From a virus (lineage: Duplodnaviria > Caudoviricetes), in the IMG/VR virus record IMGVR_UViG_3300049004_000110, positions 1-43,919 of that record: a stretch of DNA of 43,919 bases; one strand, written 5' to 3'. Made by a program: the position numbers and the translations under genes. How positions within the stretch are numbered: position 1 is the first letter of the stretch; the number at the start of each line of letters is the position of its first letter. Below, one piece after another: positions 10,441 through 19,795 of this stretch. The notes under the pieces are model-generated. The model was not told the origin of the DNA. It ran no database searches and was given only the letters and a program-made list of their open reading frames with translations.

Positions 10441-11397
10441 CTAGTCGTAGGTTGCCGTCGTATTGAGGTGGGTGAACTTGATGGGCGTGTCCGTGACGTT
10501 GGCGTATCGGACGGCGTTGAATTTGTACTCCTGAGTCACGCCCTCGCTGTCCGCCAACTTGGGGCCCATCGATTCGAGCTCCACCTCCGCCATGTCGCCG
10601 ATCGCCGAATTGGAGTCGGTGTCGATGACCGTAAAGCGGAGTGAGGTGCGCGTGCCGGTGCGGACGCGAGCCCAACGAGCGTCAGACTCGAAGTAGAACT
10701 TGACCGTACCGCTGACCTTCTTCTTTTTGAGCCGCAGCTCGGTTGCGATCGCGCCCGCTCCCGTAGGACGCTTCTGGACGATTTCCGCGACGCAGTCGAC
10801 AGTCATCGAAATCATGTCGCCGGCGTCGATACCGTTTTCGAGAAGCGTCAGGGCGGTATAGTCGACCGTCGGCGCAACGAGCTCAGTCGGCGTGGTGTCG
10901 AGGCTCGTACCGCTCGGCGGGAAAGAAACCTTGCCGGATCCGACCAGCTTCTGCCCGACCTCGAAAATGCCTTCGGTTGCCAGCGAGAAATGCAGCTCGC
11001 TGGTGACCATGTCGTAGAAGCGGTAGAAGAGGCTGGCCGGGATCAACCCGAGCTCGTAGAGGTAGTAAAGCGTGGCGCGATTTGGCTTGCAAACGGTGGT
11101 GTACGGCGCGCTCGATCCCGTCGTCGTCGCCTGCCCGCACCACGCCTTCGTTTGATACGGCAGGTAATTCAGGTTCGGAACGACCTTGTTGCCGGCGCCC
11201 TCCACCTTCTGATTGCCGCGGCCTGACGGGCGTTGAAACCCGTCCGCTTGCACTTGGCTGTTCTCGATCAGCCCCTGATCGTAGGGCAGTTCGAAATCCG
11301 ATCCCCGCGGAACCAGAATGCCGTTGGGCGTGCCTGGTAGCGTGCCGACAGCGGACTGCCGAAAGAGCTGCACTTGTACGTCTTCTGTGAGAATCAT
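10441..11397 (-). CDS. Major tail tube protein
   Basis: 318 aa beta-rich protein upstream of chaperones; no sheath gene in window. Confidence 0.75.
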   Translation of the reverse strand: MILTEDVQVQLFRQSAVGTLPGTPNGILVPRGSDFELPYDQGLIENSQVQADGFQRPSGRGNQKVEGAGNKVVPNLNYLPYQTKAWCGQATTTGSSAPYTTVCKPNRATLYYLYELGLIPASLFYRFYDMVTSELHFSLATEGIFEVGQKLVGSGKVSFPPSGTSLDTTPTELVAPTVDYTALTLLENGIDAGDMISMTVDCVAEIVQKRPTGAGAIATELRLKKKKVSGTVKFYFESDARWARVRTGTRTSLRFTVIDTDSNSAIGDMAEVELESMGPKLADSEGVTQEYKFNAVRYANVTDTPIKFTHLNTTATYD

Positions 11398-11473
11398 CGT
11401 CTGGCCTCCCGCCCTTCACTCCCACCGGCCGCATGCGGCGGCCGGCAGGTTGTTTGTTTGTTGAACCACTTCT

Positions 11474-12010
11474 TTATCCGGTGGTGAGCTTCGCTCCCGG
11501 TTTCGGTTTGCGCTCCGTCGCCGGCGACGCGTCCGGCTTCGGATCGGCCGGCGCCGTCGTGCCGCTGCCCGTGTTGTCGCCAGCGGAGTCGCCGCTTTTC
11601 GCGTCCGTCGTCGTCGTACCGACGCCGGCAGCGTCCTTTTTCTCCGCGGTGTTGTCGCCGCTGTTGTCGCCGGCGTTCTCTTCGGAGTTGCCGCCCGACT
11701 TCTCCTCGCTCGCGTCGACCGGCTTTTCCGCGGACGGCTGCAGCGCCTTCACTTCCTCGGCGCTCGCGATGCGGATTGCGGGCTGCTTGTTGCGTCCGAT
11801 GACGATGCCGGCAACCGTCGCGGTTACGGGCCCGGTGAGAGCGCCGCGGCGGAAGAAGAGATTCACTCCGTGCATCACGAACTGGCCCGGTCCGGGATTG
11901 CTCTCCTCGTCGACGTACAGCAGCATCACGTCCTCGGCCTCCTCGGCTTGCGTGACCACCGCGGCCGCGGCATGTTTCGATTCGTCTGTTGCGTTCGTTT
12001 CGTCGTTCAT
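11474..12010 (-). CDS. Hypothetical protein with low-complexity acidic C-terminus
   Basis: GGAG RBS, high GC3, GDN-rich repeats. Confidence 0.6.
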   Translation of the reverse strand: MNDETNATDESKHAAAAVVTQAEEAEDVMLLYVDEESNPGPGQFVMHGVNLFFRRGALTGPVTATVAGIVIGRNKQPAIRIASAEEVKALQPSAEKPVDASEEKSGGNSEENAGDNSGDNTAEKKDAAGVGTTTTDAKSGDSAGDNTGSGTTAPADPKPDASPATERKPKPGAKLTTG

Positions 12011-12036
12011 CGGTGTCTCCTCTGATCGGTTAATGG

Positions 12037-12516
12037 TTACAGTGCGGGTGTCGTGAACAGCTCGACTTTCCCCTCGATTACGAATTGATGCTGCACGCGC
12101 GCGACGTCGAATCCGCGCGCAACGAACGCGGCGGCGTTGATCACATCGAACGTGCTGATCATCCCCGGCGCGCGCCAGCCGTCGAAGATGTCGGAGAGCT
12201 GCTGGCAGAGCTTCATTCCGCCGAGGCGGCCGCCCTCCTTCGGACCGAAGTCCTCGGTGACCACAGCGAAGACGGCCTGAAGGCGATAGAGCTTTTTGCG
12301 CGCGCCAGCGGTGAGGCGGCGTTTTCCGTTCACCATCAAGTTCGGCATTCCGCCGACGATCCCGAACAGGCCGGGCAGAATGATCGCGCTCGAATTCATC
12401 GCGTCGGCAAGCGAATCGGCCGTGTCGATGTGCGGGAGGTCCGCTTCGCTCACGAACGCGCGAACGCGCGCCGGCGCGTCGATGACATAGAACTGTTCGA
12501 GGTCGAACTCAGGCAC
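12037..12516 (-). CDS. Tail terminator-like protein (Mu gp37-like position)
   Basis: GGAGG RBS; size and position; GGMKLCQQLSDIFDGWRAP resembles terminator C-terminal motif. Confidence 0.55.
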   Translation of the reverse strand: MPEFDLEQFYVIDAPARVRAFVSEADLPHIDTADSLADAMNSSAIILPGLFGIVGGMPNLMVNGKRRLTAGARKKLYRLQAVFAVVTEDFGPKEGGRLGGMKLCQQLSDIFDGWRAPGMISTFDVINAAAFVARGFDVARVQHQFVIEGKVELFTTPAL

Positions 12517-12542
12517 GCGCGACCTCCGTATAATGAGCGGGG

Positions 12543-12743
12543 ATGGCGTACCAGCACCCCGGCGATTTCATCGGCCTTTCGGCGCAAGCGGCGCGCGACC
12601 TTAATGCGCTGTTCGACGCAGCCGCGACGCATCTCCTGCGGGCAGCGCACAGCATCGACGTCGTCACGCCGGAAGACTTCGATGCGATGGTCGCGAACGG
12701 CGACGATTCTGCAGCGCTGCTGCAGCTCGGAATCGCGCCATGA
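12543..12743 (+). CDS. Small hypothetical protein, antisense to late operon
   Basis: Strong GC3 bias; TATAAT at 12529-12534 just upstream. Confidence 0.55.
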   Translation: MAYQHPGDFIGLSAQAARDLNALFDAAATHLLRAAHSIDVVTPEDFDAMVANGDDSAALLQLGIAP

Positions 12744-12952
12744 GCCGATCGCCGAGACGGAAAGCGATGAAGGCGAAGCGGCTGCGCAAGAAGCAGTGGA
12801 CGAAGGCCTGCGAACAGGCCCTCGTATTTTCGCGTAAGTTCCATCAGCTCAGCCTCGCCGCCATCGATCAGCACAGGATCGAGGCGCTGCCCGATGGCTT
12901 CTTTCGGCATACTTTCACCGTGAGTCATCGCGATCCCTTCGCCGACAGCTGA
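12740..12952 (+). CDS. Small basic hypothetical protein, antisense to late operon
   Basis: ATGA-coupled to previous ORF; GC3 bias. Confidence 0.5.
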   Translation: MSRSPRRKAMKAKRLRKKQWTKACEQALVFSRKFHQLSLAAIDQHRIEALPDGFFRHTFTVSHRDPFADS

Positions 12953-13653
12953 TCAGCAGCCAATTGGCTGTTGTTTGGCAGCTCGACGAGGTGCTGATCG
13001 AGCATCCGCCGCAGCAGCACGGCCGCGCCGGTCTGGCTTGAAACCGCCTTCGGATCGAAGGCGCTGTCACGCACGAATTTTCCGCTCGAGTAGATCTGTG
13101 ATCCGCCCCAAAGGTACGGCGTCGGTGTGTTGTGCGCGCGGTAGCCGAAGCCGTTGTAGCGCTCGAATTCGTAGAGCGTTCCGGCGATCGTCCAGTCGGT
13201 CCAGACGTCGAAGTGCTCGAAGCGGAGCGAGTCGATCGCGCTCTCTTCCCATCCGAACGGCGCCTTGCCCACGAGCGGACGTCCTTTCGGAACGTTCACT
13301 GTGCGCGCGGCGAGCGGATCCCCATTATGAAGATGGCAATCAAAACGGCCGTCGCACTCCATTGTGTGAATCAGAGCGATCACATACCAGGGCACGTTCG
13401 TCGCGGCAGAGACGGTGTTGTAGCGATTGCGATTTTTCATCATCCGCGTGATCGTCGATTCGACCGCCGCCTGATGCGACGCGTTCAACTTGCACGCGGC
13501 GAATTTCTTTTCATAGTCGTCGCGCATTTCCGGCGTCAGTTGCATTTCCTCTCCATCCCAACACGCCCAATGGACCGCGGTTTCGTGATCGCAGTCGGCG
13601 GGTTGCATCGCCATCGCGGCGATGAAGACGATGTGAACGAAGAAAGTCCCCAT
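12925..13653 (-). CDS. Lysozyme-family endolysin (COG5526-like); alternative start at 13545
   Basis: IALIHTME..F..HLHNGDPL..RTVNVPKGRP, ERYNGFGY, PYLWGGS, SGKFVRD motifs. Confidence 0.85.
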   Translation of the reverse strand: MGTFFVHIVFIAAMAMQPADCDHETAVHWACWDGEEMQLTPEMRDDYEKKFAACKLNASHQAAVESTITRMMKNRNRYNTVSAATNVPWYVIALIHTMECDGRFDCHLHNGDPLAARTVNVPKGRPLVGKAPFGWEESAIDSLRFEHFDVWTDWTIAGTLYEFERYNGFGYRAHNTPTPYLWGGSQIYSSGKFVRDSAFDPKAVSSQTGAAVLLRRMLDQHLVELPNNSQLAADQLSAKGSR

Positions 13654-13657
13654 GGCG

Positions 13658-14290
13658 TCACGCAGACCCTCCCGCTTCAAACATGCCGTAGTGCTGCACG
13701 ACGCGCCCTTCGAAGTAGGTGATGTCGGCTTCCGAGTAACCGATGAACGTCCGCTTCGGCTCAGTCACCGAGGAGCGAAGCTGGAAAAGAAACTCCAGAT
13801 CGCCGCCTCCCTCCGGACGGCGCGCGATGAACGCGTTGCCGAGCGCACTAACAAACAGAAACGATCCCGGATATTGATCGCGGATCGAAACGCCAGCCTG
13901 GTAGCTGTTGGCGATCGCGTCACTCATCGGAATCGCGAGCGCCTTGTGACCAGCCTTCGGATAGATGGTCTTTCCGTCCTGGTGCACGGCCGCGTAAATC
14001 TCGTTTGAATAGAGGGCGAATTCAGCGCCGTCGTATTCGTAAGTCACACCGCTGATGAGCTTTCCAGTTCGCTGCATCGTCTGACCGCTGCGCATCCCTG
14101 CGGCGCGCGCCGATGCTGGCCAGGGCGACCCGTCCGGAGCAATGCCGGCGGCCGCGCGAATCTGCGTCTGCAGAATCATCTGCTCGCCGAAGTCGATCCA
14201 CACCGGCTGAAGGTTTTGGCCTCGCTCGATCGCGCGGACCATGATGGCCTCGAGCGATTCGAATCCGGTCGATGAGAGTCCACTGGCCAT
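13658..14290 (-). CDS. Virion morphogenesis protein (Mu gpG-like)
   Basis: APDGSPW, QRTGKL, SNEIYAAVHQDG, PKRTFIG motifs. Confidence 0.85.
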   Translation of the reverse strand: MASGLSSTGFESLEAIMVRAIERGQNLQPVWIDFGEQMILQTQIRAAAGIAPDGSPWPASARAAGMRSGQTMQRTGKLISGVTYEYDGAEFALYSNEIYAAVHQDGKTIYPKAGHKALAIPMSDAIANSYQAGVSIRDQYPGSFLFVSALGNAFIARRPEGGGDLEFLFQLRSSVTEPKRTFIGYSEADITYFEGRVVQHYGMFEAGGSA

Positions 14291-14595
14291 CAGGTGAATC
14301 CTTCGAGTTTCCCGCGCGGCGTTTCGCTTTCCGCCCACGCCTGGGCGCCGGAAGTGATCGGGCCATCAGCACGCGGCTTCGCCACGCCGATGGTCTGGCG
14401 ATCCTTGGAATCGCCGGAAATCAGCTTCAGCCAGTTGTCGATCGACGTCTTGACGGTCGCGTAGTAATTCGCGCGATCGCCGCTGCTGAGCAGGTGCGGC
14501 TGCAGCTGCAAGAGTTTGTACATCGCCAGGTCGAGAACCTTGTCGACGATGAAGAGCTGCAGCTCGTCGACCTCGGTCTGCGTACTCGCCGCGGA
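14290..14595 (-). pseudogene. 3' remnant of Mu gp36/DUF1320 head-tail connector
   Basis: VLDLAMYKL...YY......WLKLISG pattern; no own start or N-terminus; TGATG coupling to gpG. Confidence 0.65.
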
Positions 14596-14956
14596 GAGAC
14601 TTCTTCTCCACGTAGGTCTCGCGATCGGCCTCGACGATTTCGCGGAGCTCACGGTCGAGGATCGCGACTTCAACTTCGAACTGCGCCGTCGCGAAGGCGC
14701 CGCTCGAGTTGTTCACGTCGATGCGCAGGCGCTTGGCGCCCATACCGACTTGCAGCTTGTCGATCGGGATGTACGGGTCCGGAGACCAGTTCGTGTACTT
14801 CCCGGCTTCTTTCGGCGAACGGACGATCGGATAGAGGTCCGTGATGCCCATGAGTTTCGGCGCGCGGTAGCCGTTCGACAGCGCCGTGAGATGCGGATCC
14901 ACCTGCCGCAGGTTGCCGAGCTTGTCGGCCGCAAAAAGTACCTTGCCCATCTTCAC
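14590..14956 (-). pseudogene. Major capsid protein, 5' fragment only (~120 aa; ORF then runs out of frame to 14366)
   Basis: VDPHLTALSNGYR N-terminal capsid motif, RBS GGAGGG, located after DUF2190; protein-like sequence ends near EKKSLR. Confidence 0.7.
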
Positions 14957-15015
14957 ACCCTCCCAGTTCCCCGCCCTTGATGAGCGAAAACGACTTATTG
15001 AAAAATCGAAACGAT

Positions 15016-15393
15016 TCAGATCTTGTACTGGACGCGTCGCACCATCACGACGTCGCCCGCGGTCACGCCCTGTTCCTCAGCGATCGCGTTGACGTAGTTG
15101 CCCGCGACCGCGGTGATGCCCTTGCTGTTCGCGTCGGCGGCGAGCTCCGCGCCTTTGGCGAACGCGGTCCCGACGATCAGCGGGAAGAGGCCTTGGACGC
15201 CAATCGTCGCGGTTTTCTTCGCGGTGACGTCGGCCGACGAGAGATCGCCGATGCGGGAGACACCGAGAGCGCGCGCGCCGGCGCCGATCGGATTGCCGTC
15301 CTCGCCGGCGAACACGCCGCGCGGCAGCGCGACAGTCGGAATGCGCGTGAGGCTGAGGACATCGATTTCAGTTGCGATTGAAAAGTTCGGCAT
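15016..15393 (-). CDS. Head decoration/cement protein (DUF2190-like)
   Basis: GARALGVS...GAELAADANSKGITA..GN....A....AGDVV pattern; between protease and capsid. Confidence 0.75.
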   Translation of the reverse strand: MPNFSIATEIDVLSLTRIPTVALPRGVFAGEDGNPIGAGARALGVSRIGDLSSADVTAKKTATIGVQGLFPLIVGTAFAKGAELAADANSKGITAVAGNYVNAIAEEQGVTAGDVVMVRRVQYKI

Positions 15394-15435
15394 GCTTCCT
15401 CCGTATGTCGTGAGTTGTCGGTTGTCGGTTGTCGG

Positions 15436-16854
15436 TTACGCGCTGGCGCTGTTCGCCGCGGCTGCATCGGCCGCCTTGCGAACCTCGTTGGCTTCGTTGT
15501 ACTTGCTGATCGGCCACCCCTTCGAGGCGAGGATCTGCATCGTCGCGTCGTGCGAGGAGGTGCCGTCCTCGGTTGCCGGACGCGACTCACCGGCGATCGT
15601 CACGGTGCGCGATGCGGTGACGAGCTTCGGCGCCGGCGGATCGGTCTCGCGGCTCGCCGAGGCGCGAACGATCGGCGCACGCTTGCTGAGGTTCGCCTCG
15701 ATCGCTCCGAAGTTGTCGGCGCTCGACGCCGCGATGCGCCGGAGCTCCGGTACCTCAGCTTCCGTGTAGCGATCGGCGAACTTGATGAGAAGGTTATCCA
15801 CCTTCGTCTTCTCATCGTTCGCGCGCGACGCCTGCAGCTCGGCCTGCGAAGCTTCGAGCTCGCTGCGCGGCACGCGCTCGGTCATGAGACTCACCAGGTG
15901 CGCGGCGAACGCCGGGCGCTTGGTTTCCGCCGGGAGATTGACAAGCGTCAACAGGCTTGCCGGCACGTCGTCGGTTTCTGCTGGCGGCTTTGCTGCCGCG
16001 AGCTGCGTCACGACGTCGGCGGGCAGCGTGAGACCCGCTGCGACGAGCGCCTGCAGTAGCGTCGCATCTTTCGGGACCTTTGTTCCGAACTCAGACGATG
16101 CGGCGGCCTGCTGCTGGCCAGACGCGAAAACCTGCTCGGCAACTTCGGCGACCTTCTTCGCCGTTGACACGAGCTCGGCGCGGTCCTCGTCGTCGTAGCA
16201 CGACCAGTACGCGCGTTCGAGAAGGTTGATCAGTAACTGCAAAAAATCGTTCATCCCTGCCTCCCTTGTTGCCGCGATGCGGCGTGATTCGAAACGTGCT
16301 GCTGCCAGCGCGGCCGTGAGCGGCGGCTGGTCGTTTGTCCGCGGCGTGTTGGTGAGCGCCCAGGAATCGAGCGAGGTGATGACGAGCGACCGATCCTCGA
16401 AGTAGACGACCGGTGAGAAGTAGCGGTACTCCCCGTTGCGCAGATAGTCGTCGGCCGTGGCGGTCCAACGGATCGAGGTCGCCCACAACCCTTTCGCGTC
16501 GACCTTGAAGTTTGAAAAGCCCGCCCACCCCGCTGCCGGCGCCTGGATGCCGGTCTTCGCCGCGTACAGTGACTGATGGTGGTAGTCGCAATGGATATCG
16601 ATGCCGCGTGCGACGATTTCCGCGACGACCTCTTCGAGCGCGGTGCGAGGAGTGTTGATCGTGATGTCTTCGAGGACCCACTCCGGCGACGGAATGAGCA
16701 GTAGTTCGGTCGGCGGATCGCCACCGAGCGAATCCGCTGCGAGCCGCCGATCGGCGGCGATGAGCTGCCAGGGGCCGACGGCGATCGACAGACCTCCGCC
16801 GACGCTCGCAACCACCGACTTTCGCTCCTTTTTCGAACCCGCCTGTGTCGTCAT
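15436..16854 (-). CDS. Mu gpI-like prohead protease/scaffold
   Basis: DIHCDYHHQS, APAAGW, GLWATSIRWT, EYRYFSPV, ALTNTP motifs. Confidence 0.92.
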   Translation of the reverse strand: MTTQAGSKKERKSVVASVGGGLSIAVGPWQLIAADRRLAADSLGGDPPTELLLIPSPEWVLEDITINTPRTALEEVVAEIVARGIDIHCDYHHQSLYAAKTGIQAPAAGWAGFSNFKVDAKGLWATSIRWTATADDYLRNGEYRYFSPVVYFEDRSLVITSLDSWALTNTPRTNDQPPLTAALAAARFESRRIAATREAGMNDFLQLLINLLERAYWSCYDDEDRAELVSTAKKVAEVAEQVFASGQQQAAASSEFGTKVPKDATLLQALVAAGLTLPADVVTQLAAAKPPAETDDVPASLLTLVNLPAETKRPAFAAHLVSLMTERVPRSELEASQAELQASRANDEKTKVDNLLIKFADRYTEAEVPELRRIAASSADNFGAIEANLSKRAPIVRASASRETDPPAPKLVTASRTVTIAGESRPATEDGTSSHDATMQILASKGWPISKYNEANEVRKAADAAAANSASA

Positions 16855-16878
16855 TGTCAGAATCCGCCTAAAAACCGC

Positions 16879-18186
16879 CTAAACGCTCGCCTGCGGCGCG
16901 ATCGGGTCTTCCGCGCCGTGATGCGCGGCTGTGCTCCCTGTCGCGTCAGTCGCCAAATTCGGTGCATTCCGGGCCGCTTTCGCTTTCCGCGGCACTTTCG
17001 AGAAAACGAGATAGCCCTTCCTGAGCGCGTCGAGCTGCTCCGGTCCGCTCACGCCACCACGCGCGATCCAGCCGCTCGGTGCCTGGTCAGCCCATAGCCA
17101 GACCGTCTCGCCGTCGAGGTCGAACGCACCGAAGAATCGCTTGACCACTTCGACGCCGGCGTCCGTCGCAAACGGCACGAACCACACCTCGGCCGGATCG
17201 GTCAGCAGATCCGGCAGCAGCGGCGCGAGCTCCGGATCGGTGTCGCCGAAGATCGCGTCGTAGCTGCCGCGGTTCACGATTGCGCCGTCGCCGAACATGT
17301 CCGGCACGAACGTCGTTTCCAGTTCGTCCGGGATGCCGGCTGCGTCGCGCAGCGCCGCCCATCCTTCTTCTGCGTCGCTCGCCGCCGCGAGCTCCGGCGC
17401 GTCGACGATCTCCTCTTCAGCGAGATCGCCGATCGACGCGAGCCCGTAGGTCTCCGCGTCGCCGGCCGTCATCTCACCGGCGAGCTTCGAAAACTCCTCG
17501 ACCAGCTGTCGGCTGTCGCTCGCCAGGAGCGACGGCTGCATGTCGAAGCCGGCGTCCGGCAACATCTGCTGTCCGTCAATGACGGGATACTCGCCGCCGC
17601 CCTCGACGTCCTCCCATACTTTGCCGCCCGTTTTCTCCGCGCGAGCAGCCGCCTGCTCGCGCGTCATCGAGACGACCTGCAGATGACGCTCTTCGAAATG
17701 ATTCGGCGGCGCGATGTGCTCCCAGACCGGCGAGTTTGCCTCAGCCATGAAGCCTTCGAGGTTGATGCAGATGCTCGTCGTCTTCTCGTCGTGCGGGCCG
17801 AGCGGATACATCCAGATCGGCCGCGTATCGGAAACCGCTCGCAACTTCTCCATCCGGCCACCCGCATACGCGAGGCCGGTCGCTTGACGGATCACGAGGT
17901 TCTGCCGCGAGACCGGAAGAATCGATCCGCCGTTCGCGGCTGCCGCTTTCGCGTAGTCGGCGCGGAACTGCGCTGCCGTCGTGCCGTTGCGCAGCGCCTC
18001 ATCGATGAGCCGATGCGTGGCAACCGCTTCCGCCTGGCGCGCCAGGCCGGACGCGTAGAACGCGCGCAGCCGCGCGTCCGATGACAGCTTCGCGACGGCG
18101 CTGTCGGTCATTGGCACACGCGAGCGGTGATACGCGACCGCCTCGGTGAAATAGCGGTCCATGCGCTGCAGGCTAGGAGTTGGCAC
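16879..18186 (-). CDS. MuF (gp30) head morphogenesis protein with C-terminal PBECR2-like domain
   Basis: RAFYASG, AYAGGR, PPNHF motifs; C-terminal LLPDLLTDPAEVW..KRFF..LRKGYLVF; GTG start after GAGGAGG. Confidence 0.8.
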   Translation of the reverse strand: MPTPSLQRMDRYFTEAVAYHRSRVPMTDSAVAKLSSDARLRAFYASGLARQAEAVATHRLIDEALRNGTTAAQFRADYAKAAAANGGSILPVSRQNLVIRQATGLAYAGGRMEKLRAVSDTRPIWMYPLGPHDEKTTSICINLEGFMAEANSPVWEHIAPPNHFEERHLQVVSMTREQAAARAEKTGGKVWEDVEGGGEYPVIDGQQMLPDAGFDMQPSLLASDSRQLVEEFSKLAGEMTAGDAETYGLASIGDLAEEEIVDAPELAAASDAEEGWAALRDAAGIPDELETTFVPDMFGDGAIVNRGSYDAIFGDTDPELAPLLPDLLTDPAEVWFVPFATDAGVEVVKRFFGAFDLDGETVWLWADQAPSGWIARGGVSGPEQLDALRKGYLVFSKVPRKAKAARNAPNLATDATGSTAAHHGAEDPIAPQASV

Positions 18187-19795
18187 TGGCCACCTCCTCA
18201 TGCGCGTCGGCCGCGCCGATGATCGCGGAGGTCACCATCACGTCGCGCGCGAGCGACGCGAACTTGCGCGGTTGCCCGACGTCCGGATACGACTCCCAGA
18301 TCGCAGCGGCCGCTTCTTCGAGCGGCACACTATTGATGATGTTGTGAATGTCGGCGCCGGCGGCGGCGAACTGCCGCTGTGCGAGCGCCGCGCCCATGCT
18401 CTCGACGTCTTCATGCGTCGCCAACGGATGCGTCGCCGGCGCTGCGGCCGCAACGCGGCGCCGCGGCCGGCGCGAAGCGTCGACGGTCAGATCCGCGTTG
18501 TCGTTGCCGCTGTCCTTCGGCGGCGTCTGCTCAGGCGGAGCGGTCGCTTTGATGTCGACGATCTCGGCGATGCTGAACTCCTCGAGGATCTGCTGTTCGG
18601 CGATCGCTTTGCCGAGCGGCGCGAGGATCTGATTCACCATAACGAACGAACGGCCGCGCGCGAGCACGTCGATCGGCGGCTCGTACTTCAGCTTCCACGT
18701 CGGGCAGTACTCCATCGCCACGTCGTAGCCGAACTTCAGCGTCGCGCGCACCTTGATGACATCGCGGCGAATCGTTTTCATCACGCCGCGAGCGCCGCGC
18801 TTGATCAGCTTTTCGGCGACTCGCTGCGCGCCTTTGTTCGCCAGCGTGCCGGTACCGGACTTCGATCCGGCGATCAGATCGTGACCGGTGAAAAGGATTG
18901 ATGCGTTGTCATCGCAGCGCGAGGCCATCTTGTCGAAGATGTCCACAGATCCGGCGCCTTTGCCGCTCTCGATCGTGACCTCGGTGCCCTTCGGGAACGC
19001 GCCGCGTCCTTTGCGCGACATCGTCTGCACGGCCTTGATCACAGCGTCGCGGTCCTTTGGATCTTCAATGAAGGCGAGGACCCAGGGCATCCCCCAGATG
19101 TCGGACAGCTCCAGCCAGTCAGCCAGCGAGTAATGCTTGAGCGCGTAGTCCCATAGGATCGACTTCCAGTAGCCGCCCTCGCGCGGACCGCCAGGCCGAA
19201 TGCTCGACGTGTGCAGCACCCACATGTTCGCGGCGAGCTCCACCCCGAACGACTGAGCGTCCTTCGTCAGAAGGCGCAGTGTGGACTTCATCGGATCCCA
19301 GTACTGGCGCGTGACGTCGGGCAGCTCCCAACCGCGCAGGTCTTTGGTCTGGAGATCAAATACGTTCTCGGCCCATCCGAACGGCGCGTAGTCACCCCAC
19401 ACGACGCTGCTGACGAGATCCTCGACCGGAACTTCGCCGAGCTGCTCTTCCGCGTCCTCGGCGACTTTCGTGGCGATGCGCTTGTCGGCCCGCGACTTCT
19501 TCTCGCGCGGAATCACTTCCCAGTCGAGCCCTGAGATCGCGTCGCTGTAGTCGCGCCAGAAGCCGCCGAAACGCGAGTCGTTGTCGAGCACGCGCTTGCA
19601 GAGCATCTGCGTCTGCGAGAGCGGCAGCTGGTTTGCGATCGCGCGCGCGATCATGTCCGGCGGGATCTCGTCGCGTCCGAGCGTGCGCCCCGCAAATGGG
19701 TCCCACGTCTGACGGATCGGCGAGACAGGTTCCTGCGGCGCCGCGTTGTAGTTGAACGGACGCCCATAGGCATCGACGATGAGAGAGGCCGGCAT
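18173..19795 (-). CDS. Portal protein (Mu gp29/DUF935)
   Basis: IVDAYGRP, GLDWEVIP, K.YSLADWLELSDIWGMPW motifs; follows TerL. Confidence 0.9.
   Translation of the reverse strand: MPASLIVDAYGRPFNYNAAPQEPVSPIRQTWDPFAGRTLGRDEIPPDMIARAIANQLPLSQTQMLCKRVLDNDSRFGGFWRDYSDAISGLDWEVIPREKKSRADKRIATKVAEDAEEQLGEVPVEDLVSSVVWGDYAPFGWAENVFDLQTKDLRGWELPDVTRQYWDPMKSTLRLLTKDAQSFGVELAANMWVLHTSSIRPGGPREGGYWKSILWDYALKHYSLADWLELSDIWGMPWVLAFIEDPKDRDAVIKAVQTMSRKGRGAFPKGTEVTIESGKGAGSVDIFDKMASRCDDNASILFTGHDLIAGSKSGTGTLANKGAQRVAEKLIKRGARGVMKTIRRDVIKVRATLKFGYDVAMEYCPTWKLKYEPPIDVLARGRSFVMVNQILAPLGKAIAEQQILEEFSIAEIVDIKATAPPEQTPPKDSGNDNADLTVDASRRPRRRVAAAAPATHPLATHEDVESMGAALAQRQFAAAGADIHNIINSVPLEEAAAAIWESYPDVGQPRKFASLARDVMVTSAIIGAADAHEEVASANS

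Noticed and set aside
12509-12928. 139-aa minus-strand ORF overlapping both neighbours
   Set aside because: Reads as the antisense shadow of two + strand ORFs with better codon bias; not fully excluded
15414-15436. Three GTTGTCG heptamer repeats after the protease stop
   Set aside because: Too short to assign a function; likely an unstructured spacer before the RBS
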